Source: Promethearchaeota archaeon (GTDB taxonomy: Archaea > Asgardarchaeota > Lokiarchaeia > Sigyniarchaeales > Promethearchaeaceae). From it: a stretch of 32,000 nt of DNA. The translations under genes and the position numbers were made by a program. Below the pieces are notes generated by a model that searched no databases, was not told where the DNA came from, and worked only from the letters and a program-made list of their open reading frames with translations. Below are positions 27,627 through 32,000 of the stretch, in pieces (the stretch's first letter is position 1; every line of letters starts with the position of its first letter). The stretch lies in contig JAFGBS010000028.1 in the NCBI GenBank assembly GCA_016933055.1, positions 322,018 through 354,017 of the forward strand, read 5' to 3'.

Positions 27627-27665
27627 TCCGTATAGATAGAGAGAAACATCAATGCCTAATAACCT

Positions 27666-28313
27666 TTAGAGTGTTTCTAAAGTTTTCAAGATTTCTAATG
27701 CTTTTTTTGTTTTCTCTATTATTTCCTTGAATTTACTCTCGGCTATTAAATCCTTGGGTACTATCCATGAACCACCAATTGCTGAAACGTTTTTTAATCG
27801 TAAATACTCGAGCATAGTCTCATTGTTTACTCCTCCTGTTGGCATGAATTTCATTTTGGGATAAGGACCAGACAAGATATTAAGCATTTTTGGGCCTCCC
27901 GAAATATCTGCTGGATAAAATTTTACCAAAGTTATATCTCGTTCCAATGCCCATTCTACAAAAGTTGGTGCATTCAATCCCGGAATAATAAATATGTCAT
28001 TTTTCACGCAATAATCAACAACTGTTGGATTAAAACCCGGTGTAACTATGAATTTAGAACCTGCTTCTTGTGCATTTTTTACTTGATCTATGGTTAAGAC
28101 CGTTCCTGCTCCGATTAATATTTCTGGATAATCCCTAACAATTCGTTTAATAGATTCATTTGCCGCTATGGTTCGGAAAGTGACCTCTACAATAGGTAAA
28201 CCAGCATCTAGTAATGCTTTGGCTAAAGGTAATGCATGATCCACATTTTCTATAGTTGCTACGGGAACGATTTTTAGTTCAGAGATTTTTTCTTTGACAT
28301 TCATGATTAACAC
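27666..28313 (-). CDS. eda: KDPG/KHG aldolase
   Basis: VEVTFRT, IGAGTV, VTPG, Schiff-base Lys in VKFYPA, FMPTGGV and GGSW. Confidence 0.93.
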   Translation of the reverse strand: MLIMNVKEKISELKIVPVATIENVDHALPLAKALLDAGLPIVEVTFRTIAANESIKRIVRDYPEILIGAGTVLTIDQVKNAQEAGSKFIVTPGFNPTVVDYCVKNDIFIIPGLNAPTFVEWALERDITLVKFYPADISGGPKMLNILSGPYPKMKFMPTGGVNNETMLEYLRLKNVSAIGGSWIVPKDLIAESKFKEIIEKTKKALEILKTLETL

Positions 28314-28319
28314 TTGAAA

Positions 28320-29168
28320 TTATATCCTATATTTGTAAAACATTTTGGGAATGATAATTCCTAAGTCAGGAGTAGAACATTCTGCTAATTTTTCTAATTC
28401 TCCATCTGTCACAGTATTGTATGCAAACATTCCAAAATGATGGACTACCAGATGGTGAATGGATGTTTTTCTGCAAATCTCAAGTACCTCAGAGATTCTA
28501 AAATTACCTGCAATTCCATTCGATAATCGATATTCGTCCCTCCCATTAATAGGTAAAAATGCGATCTGAACTCCATATTGTGTAAGAAGCTGTTCTAATC
28601 CATCATATGGACAGCAATCACCGGAATGGTAAAGGTGATGATCCCCAAATTTAATTATGTAGCCTAAATAGTAATGCTCACCCTTTTCGTTTTTAGTTAA
28701 TTCTTCATGTGCGGCTGGAATGGGGATAACTACTATTTCTTCACTAATTCTAATTTCTTTCTCGGATATTGCAGGCATTAAATTCTCGGAATAAGCTCCA
28801 CGCTTTATTGATTCTTCTTTTGCCGCAGCTGGTATTATAAATTTCATGTGAGGATTTCCTTTAAATAGCAGAGGTATAGTTTCAGGATCCATATGATCAG
28901 AATGGGGATGTGTTGAAATCAGAAAATCAAGATTCTTGATCTGTTCTGGTGCTATTGGTATATCCATTAAACGTGTATGGGGAAATAAGCTATCTTTATA
29001 TTTTTTTGATAAGTAATTTGAAAGATAAGGATCTATAATTAAAGAAATATTGTTATATCGGAATCCGAATCCTGCTTGCCCTAACCAAATAAATTCTACA
29101 GTATCTTTTGGAGATCGTGATAGTTTATGAAAAAAATTTGTATAATTCGGATATGGAATAGCTTTCAT
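28320..29168 (-). CDS. Metallo-beta-lactamase-fold hydrolase, UlaG-like lactonase
   Basis: WLGQAGF, IDPYLS, THPHSDHMD (HxHxDH), PAAH, YHSGD and HHFG. Confidence 0.88.
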   Translation of the reverse strand: MKAIPYPNYTNFFHKLSRSPKDTVEFIWLGQAGFGFRYNNISLIIDPYLSNYLSKKYKDSLFPHTRLMDIPIAPEQIKNLDFLISTHPHSDHMDPETIPLLFKGNPHMKFIIPAAAKEESIKRGAYSENLMPAISEKEIRISEEIVVIPIPAAHEELTKNEKGEHYYLGYIIKFGDHHLYHSGDCCPYDGLEQLLTQYGVQIAFLPINGRDEYRLSNGIAGNFRISEVLEICRKTSIHHLVVHHFGMFAYNTVTDGELEKLAECSTPDLGIIIPKMFYKYRI

Positions 29169-30103
29169 GTTGATCCTTTATTATTCGAAAATTCATCTAA
29201 TATATTATTTACGGCACAATCAACAGCTCTAGTAATACTTTCTTGGGTATATCCTCCAATATGAGGTGTACAAATGCAACGTTCATGCTGAATCAAAGCA
29301 TCTATTTTTGGAGGTTCGGTTTGGTATACATCTGTAGCGTAACACATTAGGGTTTCTGAATTTAACGCATCTAAAATTTCTTGCGCATCTACAACTCCCG
29401 CTCTAGCCGTATTTACCAAAATCACACCTGATTTCATAGAATTAAGTTGATTTTGGCCAATTACGGGGTTTTGAGAGGGAGGACAATGTAAGGTAATAAT
29501 ATCAGATTTAGAAATTAAATCCTCTAACGTGCAATATTGAAATCGATTTGATGGGTGAAATAGTTCATCAGGACATAAATCATAAGCTAAAACAATCATT
29601 CCGATTCCTAACGCCATAGTTGCAACATGTTTCCCAATATTTCCACAGCCAATTATGCCTAGAGTTTTATCTCTTAATTCAAATGCTGTTTTTCTATTCC
29701 ACTTCCCCATTTTAATGTTTCTATCTGAGAGGGGAATTGAACGTACCGCTGCAAATATCAAAGCAATGGCGAGTTCCGCAACTCCTCGCGAATTTTCACC
29801 GGGAGTTGTTTTAATGATGATCCCCAGTTCTTTGGCTGCATCTAGATCAATATTCTCGACTCCAACTCCATTCCTACTAATTATTCTTAGTTTAGGAGCA
29901 TTCTCCATTATTTTACGTGAAATTTTCTCAGCTCCGGCTAAGTAAGCTACACAATCAGGTATAATAGACATTTGCTGTGAAACAGTAGGTTGCTCTCCAC
30001 TAGGGGCATAAATCAAATCGAAACCCGCATCTTCCAACTTTTTCAATACTGTGGGTTTGTTTTTTGTGATAGAACGGGGAGTAATATAGATTTTTCCTCG
30101 CAT
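29165..30103 (-). CDS. D-isomer-specific 2-hydroxyacid dehydrogenase (phosphoglycerate-dehydrogenase-like, no ACT domain)
   Basis: RNGVGVENID, VAELA, GIIGCGNIG, LHCP, NTARAG (Arg), DVYQTEP (Glu) and TPHIGG (His). Confidence 0.92.
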   Translation of the reverse strand: MRGKIYITPRSITKNKPTVLKKLEDAGFDLIYAPSGEQPTVSQQMSIIPDCVAYLAGAEKISRKIMENAPKLRIISRNGVGVENIDLDAAKELGIIIKTTPGENSRGVAELAIALIFAAVRSIPLSDRNIKMGKWNRKTAFELRDKTLGIIGCGNIGKHVATMALGIGMIVLAYDLCPDELFHPSNRFQYCTLEDLISKSDIITLHCPPSQNPVIGQNQLNSMKSGVILVNTARAGVVDAQEILDALNSETLMCYATDVYQTEPPKIDALIQHERCICTPHIGGYTQESITRAVDCAVNNILDEFSNNKGST

Positions 30104-30130
30104 TACTTATCCTCTTGATTAATATCTATT

Positions 30131-30727
30131 TTATCTATTCCAATTTGGATTATCAATTACCTTAGGTTTTCCGTCTTGCTCCACAATTAGTTTGCGAAAT
30201 CCTTTAGTTTCAATTGTTTTATAATCATGCCCTGCATCTGCCCGAAACGCAAAAAAGCTTATTAGCGGTCCAGAAGAAGAAGTGTTAATGCTCCGATGAG
30301 CATAATTTGGAGGAACATATACTGCAATCCCAGGGCTAAATTTTTGTATTTCAACATTTCCCATTGGATTTTCCATAAGCAACATTCCATGTCCCTTTAT
30401 GCAATAATAAACTTCAGCTGTTGCTAATTTTTGATGAAAATGTCCTTTGGTCATGAAATACTCATTACCCACTTTTCCTGGATATAAGATAGTAGTCCCA
30501 TATGCAAGATGATGGGGGGTTTTCGGGATTCCAAGTTCATAAAATTCATATATTAGAGAATCCTGCTGATCTAACATAATCTCGTATGCATCTTTATCGC
30601 TATACATGCCTTTCATATCAGATAGCATTCTTTTTTTTGAATGAACTTCAGGAGATAATCCCGTAACCAAATCAAAAAATAATGCAGTTGATTTTTTTAT
30701 AGGTATGTCATTAGATTTTCTTTTCAT
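30131..30727 (-). CDS. pgi: Cupin-type glucose-6-phosphate isomerase-family protein
   Basis: YPGKVGNEYFMTKGHFH, AEVYY, VYVPP and HRSINT. Confidence 0.85.
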   Translation of the reverse strand: MKRKSNDIPIKKSTALFFDLVTGLSPEVHSKKRMLSDMKGMYSDKDAYEIMLDQQDSLIYEFYELGIPKTPHHLAYGTTILYPGKVGNEYFMTKGHFHQKLATAEVYYCIKGHGMLLMENPMGNVEIQKFSPGIAVYVPPNYAHRSINTSSSGPLISFFAFRADAGHDYKTIETKGFRKLIVEQDGKPKVIDNPNWNR

Positions 30728-31681
30728 TTATCTTACCTCTGCTGCAATTTGTGAGATTGCATCGAATTTTGGACCGCTAGTAGGTATGATGATGTGAAAT
30801 ACCTCTGCGATAACTCTTGTCCATCCATGAAGAAAATAAATCCAACCATCCTCAATGTGAAGATTTTTTTCTTCTTTTTGTTTTCGTGCCTGCACCAGAA
30901 AATACAGATCTCCACGATAATTAAAATCCCATACCATACCTAGTTCAGGAAAATCTACACTATCCGTAAGGGGCGAACCAGGATAATCTTTTCCAAGTCC
31001 CGTTCCATTAATCACTAGTGAATGAGGTTTAAGGTTATTTACGATTCTATCATTGTGCTGGAATGTTGGACAATAATTGTATGTAATTTTTATACCTGGA
31101 TTTATAAAAGAGTGAATTTTTTTCATATGCTCTAATCGCGGCTTGCTTCGATTCGTTACGTGTATCTTAGATGGCCAGTTTGTTTTTTCAAGATTTTCCA
31201 TAAGATAACATGATAAAGCCAGTGAGGCACCACCCGCTCCTAAGATACATATTTCTCCACCAGTATTCTCCCAATGATTAGTATGAATAAATGATTCATA
31301 CGAAAGTCCGGCGGTAATTGGATCTTTAGCATGTGCCCATAATTTTTGGTCCCGTTTTGAAATACAGCTGGTTTCTCCTAAAAGATCTGCATATGAATCT
31401 ACTTTATCGAAAAGATCCCGTGCTGCAGTAAATAGATCTATTTTATGAGATGTGATTAATGCACCTAAAGAGAATCTATCCCTTTTAAGGAAATTTACTA
31501 CTTCGCGATAAATTTTTGGATCGTCATGAATTTTACAATCAATTCCTACAAAAAGAGTTCCTCCAATTCCCAAATATTCAGCCCACCGAGGGAACACACG
31601 GTTGATGGAGGATTTACCCGTTGAGACCCCAATATAGTAAAAAGTTGGCTCTTTTGCGGGTTTATAATGAAATTCTGACAT
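30728..31681 (-). CDS. Shikimate-dehydrogenase-like oxidoreductase (divergent substrate site)
   Basis: ITSHK (Lys), AKDPIT (Asp), ILGAGGAS, VTNRS, INGTGLG, DFNY and DGWIYF. Confidence 0.8.
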   Translation of the reverse strand: MSEFHYKPAKEPTFYYIGVSTGKSSINRVFPRWAEYLGIGGTLFVGIDCKIHDDPKIYREVVNFLKRDRFSLGALITSHKIDLFTAARDLFDKVDSYADLLGETSCISKRDQKLWAHAKDPITAGLSYESFIHTNHWENTGGEICILGAGGASLALSCYLMENLEKTNWPSKIHVTNRSKPRLEHMKKIHSFINPGIKITYNYCPTFQHNDRIVNNLKPHSLVINGTGLGKDYPGSPLTDSVDFPELGMVWDFNYRGDLYFLVQARKQKEEKNLHIEDGWIYFLHGWTRVIAEVFHIIIPTSGPKFDAISQIAAEVR

Positions 31682-31701
31682 GAGTTCTTTAACTCACTAA
31701 T

Positions 31702-31709
31702 CTATAAAA
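31702..31709 (-). promoter_or_regulatory. TATA-box-like element for the sugar operon (leaderless start)
   Basis: TTTTATAG on the - strand, first T 28 nt upstream of ATG 31681. Confidence 0.45.
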
Positions 31710-31806
31710 GAGAAAGGAGATCGTTGATACAAAAAGATTGCTAATTTCCATTATGTGAAAAATAGTTAGAAAAAAATTAAAAAATTGAGATAGATTTTCG
31801 AATTTC

Positions 31807-32000
31807 TCAGTTCTCTTTGGGTTCTTCTGGGGATTCTGGAGGTAGTTCGGGTTCTTCCTCTTCTTCTTCCAGTTCAGGCTCCGGTTCCTCTTCCACTATT
31901 TCTTCTTCCACTACTTCCTCTTCTTCTTCCAGTTCTGGTTCAGGCTCCTCTTCCACTATTTCTTCTTCAATAACTTCTTCCTCTTCTTCTTCCAGTTCTG
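31807..32000 (-). CDS. C-terminus of a protein with a Glu/Pro-rich tandem repeat (partial, starts beyond right edge)
   Basis: Manual translation: ELEEEEEEVIEEEIVEEEPEP ELEEEEEVVEEEIVEEEPEP ELEEEEEEPELPPESPEEPKEN* (TGA at 31807-31809). Confidence 0.85.
   Translation of the reverse strand, partial: ELEEEEEEVIEEEIVEEEPEPELEEEEEVVEEEIVEEEPEPELEEEEEEPELPPESPEEPKEN
31852..31998 (-). repeat. Coding tandem repeat, 63/60-nt units (2 full plus 1 partial)
   Basis: Near-identical GAACTGGAAGAAGAAGAGGAAG...GAAGAAGAAATAGTGGAAGAGGA units on the - strand. Confidence 0.85.

Noticed and set aside
909-30915. Antisense or overlapping ORFs in the track (e.g. 909-1220, 3511-3750, 7232-7504, 13271-13594, 15916-16257, 16825-17199, 20891-21160, 27335-27592, 29655-29945, 30733-30915)
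   Set aside because: They lie wholly or almost wholly within well-supported genes on the other strand or frame and have no recognisable motifs.
1-32000. CRISPR array, tRNA/rRNA, transposase or integrase
   Set aside because: No regularly spaced repeats with unique spacers, no tRNA T-loop/acceptor pairing and no DDE, Y1 or tyrosine-recombinase motifs were seen.

Overview
AT-rich window, most likely from an Asgard archaeon (Lokiarchaeia-like). The taxon is inferred from a roadblock-domain protein, a Rab-like small-GTPase-fold protein, a cupin-type PGI and TATA-like boxes about 28-32 nt upstream of apparently leaderless starts. About 33 apparently intact CDS are supported. They include two paralogous Cys-type sulfatases (one cut by the left edge) flanking a fucose-isomerase-like gene and an M42 peptidase; DUF3795, VOC and a divergent QueC; a Ddl-like ATP-grasp ligase and a GNAT; a 7TM hybrid histidine kinase; a beta-helix surface protein, a methyltransferase, a degenerate GTPase and an orphan SMI1/KNR4 protein; a tail-anchored saccharopine-dehydrogenase-like enzyme; a 7TM / tandem-roadblock / small Zn-protein / transglutaminase-like cluster; ALDH, DUF2156, DUF2804, a hotdog thioesterase and a TPR protein; and a five-gene sugar-catabolic operon. 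Not in the ORF track as such: the left-edge sulfatase, a doubly frameshifted antitoxin-like pseudogene, a 373-codon nucleotidyltransferase broken by two in-frame stops, a 44-aa acidic micro-ORF, a Glu-rich tandem-repeat C-terminus at the right edge, and two hairpin-dense intergenic regions (about 16363-16520 and 19827-20149) that share sequence motifs. No tRNA, rRNA, CRISPR array or intact mobile element was found. The best candidates for undescribed biology are the three-member CxxC...HG...PH micro-protein family linked to a roadblock gene, the pseudo-GTPase, the two candidate structured RNAs and the unusual sugar operon. All calls come from motif reading by eye; no database search was run.
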